Made by a program: the position numbers and the translations under genes. The notes below the pieces were generated by a model. That model saw only the letters and a list, made by a program, of their open reading frames with translations. It made no database searches and was not told the DNA's origin. A stretch of DNA of 60,460 nucleotides, counting the filler. It is 9 parts of 9 records of this genome, joined end to end, with 100 filler letters (N's around TTAATTAATTAA, not from the genome) between each part and the next. Parts side by side here need not be neighbours in the genome. Positions count along the whole stretch, not along the records: positions 14,090 to 24,227 come from SRR31147125_45482; positions 24,328 to 31,847 come from SRR31147125_45509; 7 more parts are not named here. The stretch is one strand, 5' to 3'. This document shows positions 20,381 through 31,578 of this stretch, in pieces; position 1 is the stretch's first letter; the number at the start of each line of letters is the position of its first letter.

Positions 20381-21724
20381 TTATCGGTTAAACTCAACCC
20401 GCATTCCACGAATTTTTTCGTTAATGATTCCTCGGTCGAAAGCAAGTTCTCCATTAATAAAAGTGTGTGAAACCAAATAGTTAAACGTGATATCTTCAAA
20501 AGGTGACCACCCACATTTATATAAAATGTTTTGCGGATTTACAGTCCAGTTTTTGTCAGGAGCAACAAGTACCAAATCTGCATAATAGCCTTCGCGAATG
20601 AATCCACGCCTGTCAATCTGGAAAAGCTCTGCAGGAGCATGGCACATTTTTCGAACTACTTGCTCAATGCTAATTTTTTTATCATGAACAAATTGCAGCA
20701 TTGCAACCAGTGAGTGTTGAACCAACGGTCCGCCAGAAGGAGCCTTGAAATAATGATGAGATTTTTCATCAAGAGTATGTGGTGCATGATCAGTGGCAAT
20801 AACATCAATCTTGTCACTTAAAAGAGCTTCCCAAAGAGCTTTTCGGTCTTCCGCAGATTTTACCGCCGGATTCCACTTGATGCGTGTACCGTAATTAATG
20901 TAGTCATATTCTTCAAACCAAAGATGGTGTACACAAACTTCGGCAGTAATTTTCTTTTCAGTTACCGGACCCGATTGGAAGAGTGCCATTTCTTCAGCTG
21001 AAGAAAGATGTAGAACATGTAAACGAGTCCCAAACCTTGAAGCCAATTCAACAGCTTTCGATGAAGATTTAAAACAAGCTTCAGCACTTCTTATTTTTGG
21101 GTGTCGGGAAATTGGAACTATTTCACCATACTTTTGTCTGTAGATATCTGTATTTCGCTGAATGATTGCTTCATCCTCACAATGGGTGGCTATTAGTGTT
21201 GGCGCATTTTTAAATATTTCAGAAAGTGTTTTTTCATCATCTACCAGCATATTTCCAGTGGATGATCCCATAAAAACTTTAATACCACAAACAGTTTTTG
21301 GATTAGTTGCCAGAACTTCACTCAGATTATCGTTTGTTGCTCCCATGTAAAAGGAATAATTTGCAGCAGATACCTGGGCAGCTCTGTTATATTTCTTTTC
21401 AAGCTCAGCCTGATTAGTAGCTTGCGGGTTTGTATTGGGCATTTCCATGTAAGTGGTTACGCCTCCTGCAACAGCAGCTTTTGATTCTGTTGCAATTTCA
21501 CCTTTATGGGTGAGTCCTGGCTCCCTGAAATGAACCTGATCATCAATAACTCCAGGAATCAAATATCTACCTTTGGCATCAATTACTTCCGCACTCTTTA
21601 ATACTTCATCAGGAACAATTTGGTCTTTATAAATTGTTTTAATGAATTTTCCCTCGATGAGAACACTTCCAAAAAAAAGTTCATCTTCATTTATAATATT
21701 TGCATTGGTAATGATAGTTTTCAT
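20381..21724 (-). CDS. pyrC: Dihydroorotase (amidohydrolase superfamily)
   Basis: PGVIDDQVHFREPG, EMPNT, KVFMGSSTG, KWNP, ATDHAPH. Confidence 0.93.
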   Translation of the reverse strand: MKTIITNANIINEDELFFGSVLIEGKFIKTIYKDQIVPDEVLKSAEVIDAKGRYLIPGVIDDQVHFREPGLTHKGEIATESKAAVAGGVTTYMEMPNTNPQATNQAELEKKYNRAAQVSAANYSFYMGATNDNLSEVLATNPKTVCGIKVFMGSSTGNMLVDDEKTLSEIFKNAPTLIATHCEDEAIIQRNTDIYRQKYGEIVPISRHPKIRSAEACFKSSSKAVELASRFGTRLHVLHLSSAEEMALFQSGPVTEKKITAEVCVHHLWFEEYDYINYGTRIKWNPAVKSAEDRKALWEALLSDKIDVIATDHAPHTLDEKSHHYFKAPSGGPLVQHSLVAMLQFVHDKKISIEQVVRKMCHAPAELFQIDRRGFIREGYYADLVLVAPDKNWTVNPQNILYKCGWSPFEDITFNYLVSHTFINGELAFDRGIINEKIRGMRVEFNR

Positions 21725-21824
21725 GATCTTCCGTTTTGTTTCCGTTTATAAATTTACGAATATCAAAAGAAAAGGCTACAAAATTGCAGCCTCATTTATC
21801 GTTTCTTAAATCAATATTACTGAA

Positions 21825-22568
21825 TTAATTATTATCAGGAGCTGGATAGTGTTTAAACCAACTTCTTATTTTCATTTTTAGAATACCCCATAAAGCTTCG
21901 TTAAAAATACCACCGCTCATTTTTGAAGTGCCTTCTTGCCTTTCGGTGAATATGATTGGAACTTCAACCAGATTAAATCCATGTTTCCAGGCAGTGAATT
22001 TCATCTCAATTTGAAAGCCATATCCTTTTAAATGAACATTGTCAAGCTTGATTGTTTCTAATACAATTCTTCGGTAACACTTGAATCCTGCAGTCATATC
22101 CATTACTTTCATTCGGGTTACCAATCGCACATAAACGGACGCAAAGTAGGACATGAGTACTCGTCCTAACGGCCAGTTAATTACATTAATTCCAGATATA
22201 TAGCGTGATCCGATTGCCAAATCTGCACCTTTATTGGAGCAAGCGTTTAGTAAATGTTCAAGATCGTCTGGGTTGTGTGAGAAATCACAATCCATTTCAA
22301 AAATGTAGTCATAGGTTCTCTCAAGTGCCCATTTGAATCCGGTTAGATAGGCAGTTCCCAAGCCCAATTTGCCGGTTCGTTCAATCATGTGCAACTTCTT
22401 AGGAAATTCCTGTTGAAGATTTTTAACAATTGATCCGGTTCCATCGGGAGAACCATCTTCAATAATTAATATTTCAAAAGTAGTTGGCAAAGAAAACACC
22501 TTCCGTATCATTTTTTCGATGTTCTCTTTTTCATTGTATGTAGGTATTATAACGAGGTTCTTATCCAC
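21825..22568 (-). CDS. Polyprenol monophosphomannose synthase (GT2, DPM1-like)
   Basis: IIPTYNEKENI, DGSPDGT, GKLGLGTAY, EMDCDFSH, GSRY. Confidence 0.92.
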   Translation of the reverse strand: MDKNLVIIPTYNEKENIEKMIRKVFSLPTTFEILIIEDGSPDGTGSIVKNLQQEFPKKLHMIERTGKLGLGTAYLTGFKWALERTYDYIFEMDCDFSHNPDDLEHLLNACSNKGADLAIGSRYISGINVINWPLGRVLMSYFASVYVRLVTRMKVMDMTAGFKCYRRIVLETIKLDNVHLKGYGFQIEMKFTAWKHGFNLVEVPIIFTERQEGTSKMSGGIFNEALWGILKMKIRSWFKHYPAPDNN

Positions 22569-22941
22569 TGATATACTCTTTTTGTATTGACTTCCAAAAG
22601 TACAGATTTAAAACCATTTTTAGAAAACCAATTCCTTACAAGACTTCTGAATTTACATTTATTATCAGTTCATTGTTCAAAATTTAATTATTGAACACCT
22701 TTTTCCTTCCCTGAAAGGTGAAGTATGTAAAATCAAAGAACATACTGAGTAATTTATTTTCTGCTGATTTGGATTGCCTTTTACGCAAGGGGGTCATAAA
22801 AGTATACCCGTATGTGCTCTATTAATAAAGTATTAATTTGTCGTTGTTTTTGTGTTGTTTGTGTTATTTGTGTTGTAAAAGTTAGAACATTTGTATCATA
22901 ATGATGCAGGTTTGATTGCTTGCGTGTCAAAATGACTGTAT

Positions 22942-24227
22942 ATGGAATTCAAGTGTAAGAAAGTGGGGAGTGAATGTTACGGGCTTAAAGAGCTGGTTTT
23001 ACTATCGGAAATTAGTCAGCGACTAATTCAGAGTAAAGAGCTTAAAAATGATTTATCCTCAATTCTCGAATTATTGGTTCGGCATTTAAATGCTGAGCGC
23101 AGTTTTCTTACGATTTTTAACCGGAAAAATTCCAATATATATATTGAATCTGCTTATGGTTACAGTTCAGCACAACAGGCAAGAGGAAAATACAAATTAG
23201 GGGAAGGAATAATTGGAAGAGTAGTGGAATTAGCTAAACCTGTTGTAATTGATAAGATTTCAACTTCAAGCTTATTTTTAAACCGTACCAAGCAGGAGTT
23301 AACAAAAGATGGAGATGAACTGAGCTTTATATGTGTTCCAATTATGGAAGGTGGAAAAGTTACAGGCACACTTAGCATGGTAAGGGTTTTTAACCCATTT
23401 ATTACAAATGATGAAAATATTAATCTGCTGTCAATAATTGGGGGGCTAATTTCCAGAGTCGTACAAGCAAGGCAGGAACGTCTTGAAGAGATTGAATTTC
23501 TGAAGCAGAAGAACCAGGAATTGGAAGTAAAGTTAAAAGATGAAAAACGCCCGGCTAATATGATTGGAAACTCGGGAAAAATGAAAGATGTTTATGAGTT
23601 GATTGGGATGGTAGCCGAGACTAATTCTACAGTTTTGATTCGGGGTGAAAGCGGTATTGGAAAAGAGTTGGTTGCAGATGCAATACATTATTCGAGTAAA
23701 CGGGCAAAAAAGAATTTTATAAAAGTTAATTGTTCGGCCTTGCCAGATAGCCTAATCGAAAGCGAATTGTTTGGACATGAGAAAGGAGCTTTTACAGGAG
23801 CCGATAGTCGGCGGAAAGGACGTTTTGAACTGGCTGATGGTGGAACAATATTTCTGGATGAAATTGGGGACATTCCTTTATCAACACAGGTTAAAATACT
23901 TCGGATTTTGCAACAGCGTGAATTTGAACGCTTGGGAGGGACTGAAACAGTACATGTTGATGTTCGGATTATTGCAGCAACAAATCGTAATCTTGAAGAG
24001 TTAATTTCAAAAGATGAATTTCGAGAAGACTTGTTTTATCGAATAAATGTCTTCCCCATTTTTATCCCATCTCTTCGCGAACGTAGAAATGATATTCCAA
24101 TGTTGGTTGACCATTTTATTGAGAAATTTAATAAAGGCAATGATGCCAAAATAAAACGAATAACTACTTCGGCTTTAAATATGCTGATGGTTTATTCATG
24201 GCCTGGAAATATCCGGGAACTGGAAAA
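22942..24227 (+). CDS. NifA-like GAF-AAA+ sigma-54 transcriptional activator, 3' truncated
   Basis: GAF domain (YKLGEGIIGRV, FLNRT, SFICVPI), GESGIGKELVA, GAFTGA, WPGNIREL. Confidence 0.9.
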
Positions 24228-24327
24228 NNNNNNNNNNNNNNNNNNNNNNNNNNNNNNNNNNNNNNNNNNNNTTAATTAATTAANNNNNNNNNNNNNNNNN
24301 NNNNNNNNNNNNNNNNNNNNNNNNNNN
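24228..24327. other. Artificial contig spacer
   Basis: N44-TTAATTAATTAA-N44. Confidence 0.99.
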
Positions 24328-24617
24328 CATAGCATAAATCCGGTCTTTTTTTGCGCAAGGTACCCCTTTAACAGCACCATGTAACAAATAACGGTCATCA
24401 ATGCAAGCAATGTAAATCCGGTATAATTCAGAAAATCCCCTTTGATTAACAGCCCTGCCCTACCCCGTCCATGGGGAGAAACTCCAGATCACCGGTGCCC
24501 CTCAAATAATTGTATAATATTTAATCAAGAGTATTTTTTGTTTACAATCGAAACAATATTTCTTATATCGACTTATGGCGGTATTAATTTTAAACAGTCA
24601 AGGGTTAATTTACAATT

Positions 24618-24992
24618 ATGAAACATATGGATATTTTAATTATTGACGATGAAAAAAAATTTGCTGACATGCTGTCCAGGCGCCTTGGGCTTCGCGGGAT
24701 CCACTGTGAGATCTGTTATGACGGCGTGTCCGGATTGGAAAGGATCAAAAAGGAACACAGGTCCGTCTCATTGATTCTCCTTGATCTCAACCTGCCTGAC
24801 ATATATGGTATTCAGGTCATGGCCCAGATCAAAAAGATCAATCCCGAACTTCCTATTATCGTGGTGACCGGACACGGCAGTGCATACGATGAAAAAAAAT
24901 GCATGGAACTGGGGGGCCACGGCTTTATCAACAAACCAATCCGTATCGAAACCATTATGCAAATGCTCAATGAGATAAAAAAGGGGGACTGA
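24618..24992 (+). CDS. Single-domain response regulator
   Basis: IIDDE, LLDLNLPD, TGHG, KP. Confidence 0.92.
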   Translation: MKHMDILIIDDEKKFADMLSRRLGLRGIHCEICYDGVSGLERIKKEHRSVSLILLDLNLPDIYGIQVMAQIKKINPELPIIVVTGHGSAYDEKKCMELGGHGFINKPIRIETIMQMLNEIKKGD

Positions 24993-26760
24993 ATGCTGGT
25001 CAGGCACCGGACATTTTTCAGTAAAATCTGGCCCAGATTTTTTTCCATAAACCCAATATACATCTGAAGTCATTTTATACATTTTCCAACTACCCGCGCA
25101 TTTGGTATGGTACCATCACTATTTTGACCCTGACCTCCCTGACCCCGCTGATCCTTGCAACCATGGTCCACTATAAACTGATCCAGCATTCGGTGGACTC
25201 GGAACTATTATTGAGATCCGAACGCCTGACATCCAATGCAAAGCGGTCTGTGGTCTTTTTTATCGACGAACGACTGGACGCGCTGACCTTTACGGTCAAT
25301 GAAATGGGATATGAACACCTGAACAGCAACGGCAAACTCACCCAGGTCCTAAGCAATCTCAAGCTGGGGTTCGGAGGCATCACGGATTTAAGCGTTATTG
25401 ATTTCAAGGGACGCCAGATCGCCTATGCCGGCCCATACAATCTTAAAGGTAAAAATTATCAAAACCAGCCATGGTTTGTCCAAAGCCTTAAAACAGAAAA
25501 TTTTGTCAGTGAGGTATTCACAGGGTACCGGGACGCCCCCATATCATTATTGCGGTCAGGTCAAAAATGCCTAACGGCGCCTATTTTATTCTAAGGGCCA
25601 CCCTGGACACCGAACGGCTCATGCAGATGCTCATGTCATACAAACCCGGTGTTCATACGGACGTTTTTTTAATCAACCACAAAGGTGTACTCCAGACACC
25701 CTCCAACAATTTCGGAAAGATATTTGCAAAGATTCCCTTCCCTGTCCCCCCATTGTCAACCAAAACCAGGGTTGAAAAAAGATCGGATGACAGAAAAGGC
25801 CAAAAAACAATTATGATGGGGTATTCATACATCGCAGCGGATAATATCACCACCCCGTTCATCCTCATGGTGCGCAAGGAAAAAGAAGGGGTGATGCACG
25901 CCTGGCTGGATCTCGGCAGGACATTTAACTGGATTATCGGCGTCAGCAGCCTGATCATTGTCATCATTATCACCCTGCTTTCCAGCTTTCTGGTGAACAG
26001 TCTCTATTCAGCGGACAGGACAAAAGCCCAGACCATGCTTCAAATGGAGCAAAACCAGCAATTGGCAAGCTGCGGACAGCTTGCGGCCGGGGTTGCCCAT
26101 GAAATCAACAATCCCCTTGCCCTGATCAATGAAACCGCAGGTTACGTAAAAGATATCCATACCTTGGGCACCCAGCCCATGGATGATAAAGAAATGATGG
26201 CGCATATTGATACCATACTCGAAGCCACAGAGAGATGCGGCGCCATCACCAGCCAGCTTCTCGGCTTTGTCCGGCAGTTTGATTTAAAAATCAGAGCGGT
26301 TGACCTGGCCAAAATGGTTGACAGTGTGCTCAATTTCCATAAAAAAGAAGCTGAATACAGGAACATCAAGATATCCACATCATTTCCGGATCTGCACACC
26401 TTGATCAGGACGGACAGCGGAAAGCTTCAGCAGATACTGGTCAATCTGGTGACCAATGCCTTTCAGGCCCTTGATGACGGCGGCCGTCTGGATATTATTG
26501 TCAGCCTGATCACATCTGAACGGATTGAAATCACCATCAAAGACACCGGTTGCGGCATCCCTGAGCAAAACATCAAACAGATTCATGAGCCCTTTTTCAG
26601 CACCAAAAAAGAAGCGTCAGGGACGGGACTTGGACTTTCGATCACCTATGGGCTGGTTAAAAAGCTGAAAGGAAATATCAGCGTAGAAAGCACTGAAGGA
26701 CTTGGCACCGCATTTACCATCACACTGCCGGTGGCATTACCGGGGAGGGAATGTATATGA
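24993..26760 (+). CDS. Cache-domain sensor histidine kinase (frameshifted in the assembly)
   Basis: ATG abuts the previous stop; TM-dCache-TM; GVAHEINNPL, NLVTNA, DTGCGI, PFFSTK, GTGLGL; frame changes near 25060-25090 and 25540. Confidence 0.88.
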
Positions 26761-27107
26761 AAGTCATGCTGGTAGACGATGAAAAAAAATTTATCACCAT
26801 GCTGGCCAAACGGCTTAAACTCAGGGGCATTGATACGGATATCGCACTAAACGGGGCCGAGGCCCTCAAGCTGGCCGCCGAAAGGGACTATGATGTTTCC
26901 GTACTCGATATAAAAATGCCGGGGATGAGCGGAACGGCACTGCGGCAGGAACTGGCGGCCATCCAAAAGCATATGAAATTCATTTTTGTCACAGGCCATG
27001 GCAGCATCAGACAAAACCAAACAGCTCCCCATGACATTTATCTGTCAAAGCCACTGGATATGGAGACATTGATTGACACCTTAAAAAAAGCGACAAAGAA
27101 AATTTAA
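26757..27107 (+). CDS. Single-domain response regulator
   Basis: LVDDE, LDIKMPG, TGHG, KP; ATGA overlap with the kinase stop. Confidence 0.92.
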   Translation: MKVMLVDDEKKFITMLAKRLKLRGIDTDIALNGAEALKLAAERDYDVSVLDIKMPGMSGTALRQELAAIQKHMKFIFVTGHGSIRQNQTAPHDIYLSKPLDMETLIDTLKKATKKI

Positions 27108-27125
27108 GGTGATACATATATTTCA

Positions 27126-27818
27126 ATGGAGGCGATCTTGAAAAAAAATCCATTTGATACAGGCGAAATAGAGCGCCTTCAGTTTCTGGGAAAAATCAAT
27201 GCCAGCATCTCCCATGAACTGAAAAATATTTTTGCCATTATTTCAGAAACCATGGGGTTTATTGACGACTTAACCCGGTTGGCCCGCCAGGGCAAGACGT
27301 TAGATCTTGACATCCTTGAAAACTGCAACAATAGCATTGCAGAAGAGATTGAGCGTGGATTTCACACCATCAGACTGATGAACAAACTTTCCCACAGTGC
27401 GGATACGCCCGTTAAAAATACCGACATCACAGAGAGCCTGGGCCTGGCCATAAAACTGAGCACATTTCTAAGCAATGCCATTCCCGTTCACATCCGTTCT
27501 TCCGACCAGAGGGTAGAGGTCAGTACAAACTCATTCCTGCTGGTCTGCGTATTTTATCGACTGCTCTGCGAGCTTTTTAAATTCAGGGGGAAAGAAAGCG
27601 TATCCTTTAGTATCGCCGCCGAAAAACAAGGGGGTGCTTTTTTGATTTTATCACATCTTCCAAATGATATCCCCGCCCCCTTCCCGTCTCCCGGCGTACG
27701 GCAGACCGGAAACCTATTGGGAATCAAGTGGCAGGCACTTCCCGATGCCAATGCACTTAAACTCCATATCCCGTCAATGCCGGGCGCTGGATTAAATGAT
27801 GACCTTATATCCGATTAA
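27126..27818 (+). CDS. Histidine-kinase-like protein with H-box but degenerate ATPase domain
   Basis: ASISHELKNIFAII H-box; no recognisable N, G1, F or G2 boxes. Confidence 0.75.
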   Translation: MEAILKKNPFDTGEIERLQFLGKINASISHELKNIFAIISETMGFIDDLTRLARQGKTLDLDILENCNNSIAEEIERGFHTIRLMNKLSHSADTPVKNTDITESLGLAIKLSTFLSNAIPVHIRSSDQRVEVSTNSFLLVCVFYRLLCELFKFRGKESVSFSIAAEKQGGAFLILSHLPNDIPAPFPSPGVRQTGNLLGIKWQALPDANALKLHIPSMPGAGLNDDLISD

Positions 27819-27841
27819 TTTTTATAGAACAGGGAGGAATC

Positions 27842-28336
27842 ATGGACGACCATAAACAGATACATCTCCTTATGGTTGATGACGAAGAAAAATTTTTAAC
27901 TACACTGACCGACCGGTTGAAACTCAAATTATTCGATGTCACACCGGCAACCGATGGGGAGGAAGCCATCCAGGCATGCGAAAAAGGGCAGTTTGACGTA
28001 GCTGTTGTTGACCTGCAGATGCCGGGTATTGACGGGGTTCAATTATTAAAGATTCTAAAAATGGGGCATCAATTTTTAGAGGTCATTATCCTGTCCGGCC
28101 ATACGACCATTAAGACCGCCGTGGAATGCACCAGACTGGGCGCATTCAGAATTCTTGAAAAACCCTGCAGGTTTGAAGAGCTTGTGGAAGCGATCAAAGA
28201 AGCCTATGCGTCCCGGCTGGAAAAAAAATTCAAAGATGACGCGCAAAGAATGGAAAAGCTTCAGGCCCTTGCCGCCGGGCAATCTGCCCTCGGTATTTTA
28301 AGAGAGATGTCCAGAATAGATGATACGGTAAAATAA
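27842..28336 (+). CDS. Response regulator receiver protein with short C-terminal extension
   Basis: MVDDE, VDLQMPG, SGH, EKP; GGAGG SD. Confidence 0.92.
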   Translation: MDDHKQIHLLMVDDEEKFLTTLTDRLKLKLFDVTPATDGEEAIQACEKGQFDVAVVDLQMPGIDGVQLLKILKMGHQFLEVIILSGHTTIKTAVECTRLGAFRILEKPCRFEELVEAIKEAYASRLEKKFKDDAQRMEKLQALAAGQSALGILREMSRIDDTVK

Positions 28337-28476
28337 TCGATATTCTCTGACCGGAGACAAATACGCCCCACGGGGACAGGATAAGCCCGCCTGGGCCGGG
28401 ACGGCAGCCTGCTGTCCCGGCCTTTCCATCAGCTTATCCCATCCCCCGTTTCTTCATGGGGCAGGGTATCAAAAAT

Positions 28477-30219
28477 TCAGAGAGTCAAAGAGGCAATGGC
28501 CTCCTGCTTGCCGATAAAGACCAGAAAATTCTGATCATGATCCATGGGAACAAATTCGTAATCCCCGTCTACAAACTGGACCACAAATTTTGCCCCCTCA
28601 ATATCCACAAGGCCTTTTATCCTGTAGACATCTTTGGGGACCGCCTCAAGGATATTTTCAAGCTCCCCTGAATTAAAGGAGGGTTTTGTCGTAATCACCC
28701 TGGTGGAAAAATCATAATCATGGAAACTCTTAAAAAGAAAATCAGATGATCTATGCCCCCGGTCTTTAATATTGCCCATATCCAGAAGCGGGGTGAGATT
28801 GACCTTTGAAAAGCTTGCCGGAACCAGTTTGGCCTCCGGATTTATACCCACCACCCATTGAATCAGCTTTTCCTTATCCGCTACCAATTCCCATTTATTT
28901 AAAATGATGATATCGGCATGCTGAACCTGGCTTTTAAAAATCTCAGGCGCCGGCAATTCCGAAAAAACAGCACTGGAATCCAGCACAGTGACAATGCTTT
29001 GCAGTTCTACATATTCTTCTGATTCCCTGGCATCATGTATCAGATTGACCGGATCAGCCAGGCCTGAGGTTTCCAGGAGGATCATGTCAGGCTTATAATC
29101 CCTGCAGATATCGGCAACAGACCTATTCAGGCCTGCAGCTGCCGTGCAGCAGACACACCCCTCATCGATTTCCTTGACAACGGTTTCTTCCCCGGTCAAT
29201 ACGGTGTCAATGCTTTTTGCCCCGACCTCATTTTGAATCACGGCAACAAACCGGTCGCGGCTGAGCTGCTCATTTAAAAAATTCTGTACCAGGGTTGTTT
29301 TACCTGCACCCAGAAAACCTGTAACCATCACCAGGGGGAGTCCCGCCCCCTGCGCCTTCTTCCCCCTTTCCGAAATCCTGCGGTCAATTTCACTAAAACT
29401 GTCATCGTCCCCGGTGCGCCGCTCCCAGTCCTGCACCCCTGCTGCCTTTTTAAATGAATCAATATCGGGCTTGCCCATAAAACGTATTAAAAGATGGGTG
29501 TGAATCTCAGGGTCAGATTCACAGGTTCTTTCTCCTGAGGCCTCCAGGATTTCGCAACTGCCCTGTTTTTGAAACTCGACATTGGTGATCTCCCTATTGG
29601 GCACAAGATTTTTAAATGTTGAAAGCAATACGGAAAAAAAGCTGCAACACCGGTCAAGGGCGGGAAAGCGGCAATCAATCCCCTCAGGCAGAACAACATA
29701 GGATTTCTTCCCGGAGATTTCCCTGTAAATACCCTCCCTGGCACGGCTTTTCATCATATCATCGGCCTTTAATGCCAGACATAAGCTGCTGTTTTCCCGG
29801 TGAATCCCCACGACAATCTCCCCTATGGCAAAGTGCTGGGCGATTTCAGGCCTTGTGGTAAATTCATGGGGAAGATTGGCATATTCTTCTTCCTGGGACA
29901 ATAGTCCCGCAGCCACGGACATCTTCTCAATCTCCCGGCTCTGGGGGTCCGGAAAATAGTAAAGGGTGTAGGAGCACATCCCCCACCCCTCTTCATGCAC
30001 AGGGCGCTGTGCCGCCATTGCCCATATTCCGTCGACATCAGCTATCTTCATGCTCCAGTTCTGGGCGTTAGACACATCATTGTGAACCCCTCTCCATCCG
30101 ACCTGATTGCGCGTTTTCAGATCAAGATGGGCCTGGGTGATGCCGATGCCCAAAAGTTCCGCCGGTTCTTCTGCCCATTTCCGGATCATATGCGAGGGCA
30201 TACTACTTTCTTTACACAT
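28477..30219 (-). CDS. COG0523/CobW-family G3E GTPase with about 290-aa N-terminal domain of unknown function
   Basis: VTGFLGAGKTT, QNEVG, GCVCC, ETSGLADP, NKWE, YRIKG and CobW_C-like end. Confidence 0.9.
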   Translation of the reverse strand: MCKESSMPSHMIRKWAEEPAELLGIGITQAHLDLKTRNQVGWRGVHNDVSNAQNWSMKIADVDGIWAMAAQRPVHEEGWGMCSYTLYYFPDPQSREIEKMSVAAGLLSQEEEYANLPHEFTTRPEIAQHFAIGEIVVGIHRENSSLCLALKADDMMKSRAREGIYREISGKKSYVVLPEGIDCRFPALDRCCSFFSVLLSTFKNLVPNREITNVEFQKQGSCEILEASGERTCESDPEIHTHLLIRFMGKPDIDSFKKAAGVQDWERRTGDDDSFSEIDRRISERGKKAQGAGLPLVMVTGFLGAGKTTLVQNFLNEQLSRDRFVAVIQNEVGAKSIDTVLTGEETVVKEIDEGCVCCTAAAGLNRSVADICRDYKPDMILLETSGLADPVNLIHDARESEEYVELQSIVTVLDSSAVFSELPAPEIFKSQVQHADIIILNKWELVADKEKLIQWVVGINPEAKLVPASFSKVNLTPLLDMGNIKDRGHRSSDFLFKSFHDYDFSTRVITTKPSFNSGELENILEAVPKDVYRIKGLVDIEGAKFVVQFVDGDYEFVPMDHDQNFLVFIGKQEAIASLTL

Positions 30220-30232
30220 GTTTACCCCTGGA

Positions 30233-30262
30233 AAAAAGAGGGCTCAAAAGAGCCCTCTTTTT
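30233..30262 (-). terminator. Perfect hairpin terminator between the MBL and CobW genes
   Basis: AAAAAGAGGGCTC-AAAA-GAGCCCTCTTTTT. Confidence 0.75.
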
Positions 30263-30322
30263 GTAATGACCTGAATCCATGATCATACCTGTCAAAAGAC
30301 CGGCCGCGGATTCAGGTGCTTG

Positions 30323-31489
30323 TTAAAATGAAATGGTATCGCCATTGCCCAGATATGCGGTATCCACTGAACGGAAGCGGGCACTCCCTTTTATCACATT
30401 GTACCCTGCATCTATAAACTTCCTGGCAGTCAGGATTCCGGTGCAGTGGTTGCACCCGATCTTTTCAAAATTCCACTTGCCCAAGGAAATGACAAGGTCA
30501 TCGTATTTGGGATCCCAGTCCTCAAAGGGAGAGATGTGCAGACCACCGTAAATGCCGTAGAACCGGTCATTTTCATATTTAATGTTACGATAGGCTGAAT
30601 CCGCAAATTTGATGATACCCTGATGGCAGCATCCGCTGATACTGACAAGCCCCTTGTCCTTTACATTGCAGTAGATGGACTGTTCTCCGAAAACCCTGCA
30701 GATGATGGGCACATCAAAGGTAAAAGTGGCCACACCCGGGATGCTATACCGGTTAAGACCGTTCTTATTAACGATAACCTCCCCCTTATGGCCGCTGTCT
30801 TTAATATACTGCAGCCCCTCTTTGTAAAACCCTTCGGGGATGTATAAGGGAATATTGGGGTCATATTTCATTGCAACGGGCAGGCCCCAATAGTGGTCAA
30901 AATGCTCATGGGAAATAATCAGCGCTTCAATTTCGCCGTTCTCCAGCATCTTATCAATGCCTTCGCGCTTAAAGCACTCATCCATCCATTTATAGGACCA
31001 GCCGACATCCAGCAGGATTTTATGGATTACACCCTCCATATCCTCCACCTCAATCAGGCAGGCAAAGCCACCGGGATTCTGGGGATTTACAGAATCCTTT
31101 TCCTGGATGGCCCAGGCTTCTTCCAGATTATGGGGCAGCAGATGTTTAATCTTTGCCATCCCCTTTTCATAGGATCCTTTTCCAAGCCCGGAACCGTCAC
31201 CAAAGGGCGGCCAGTTAAAATCGTATTGATTTACCAGAAGCCCGCCGGCATTTCGGATATCTTTCATCAGGGTTGCATTTGAAAACCAGCTGGTTTCTGA
31301 AATATTGGTCACCTTGACACTTTTGCATACCCCGATATCCTCCATTTTCCTTTCGATTTCCGGAAAATGCTTTTTTCTCATGGGCGAATAAGAGTAGATA
31401 CCGGCCATGGCTGCAGCACCTATGCCCAGCCCTGTGGCTCCACCCTTAATAAAATCCCTTCTTGATAGTTCACTTTTTTCTTCAGCCAT
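30323..31489 (-). CDS. Tat-exported MBL-fold metallo-hydrolase
   Basis: Twin-arginine SRRDFIK plus hydrophobic stretch; SHEHFDH, SGCCHQG, GGLH, CNHCTG. Confidence 0.9.
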   Translation of the reverse strand: MAEEKSELSRRDFIKGGATGLGIGAAAMAGIYSYSPMRKKHFPEIERKMEDIGVCKSVKVTNISETSWFSNATLMKDIRNAGGLLVNQYDFNWPPFGDGSGLGKGSYEKGMAKIKHLLPHNLEEAWAIQEKDSVNPQNPGGFACLIEVEDMEGVIHKILLDVGWSYKWMDECFKREGIDKMLENGEIEALIISHEHFDHYWGLPVAMKYDPNIPLYIPEGFYKEGLQYIKDSGHKGEVIVNKNGLNRYSIPGVATFTFDVPIICRVFGEQSIYCNVKDKGLVSISGCCHQGIIKFADSAYRNIKYENDRFYGIYGGLHISPFEDWDPKYDDLVISLGKWNFEKIGCNHCTGILTARKFIDAGYNVIKGSARFRSVDTAYLGNGDTISF

Positions 31490-31578
31490 TATTTCTCCTT
31501 AAAAGTAAGAACAAGCCAGGACGCAAACCCAGTCCTTAATTGTCTTATTCAAACAACATGATATTCCAAGATAAAAAC

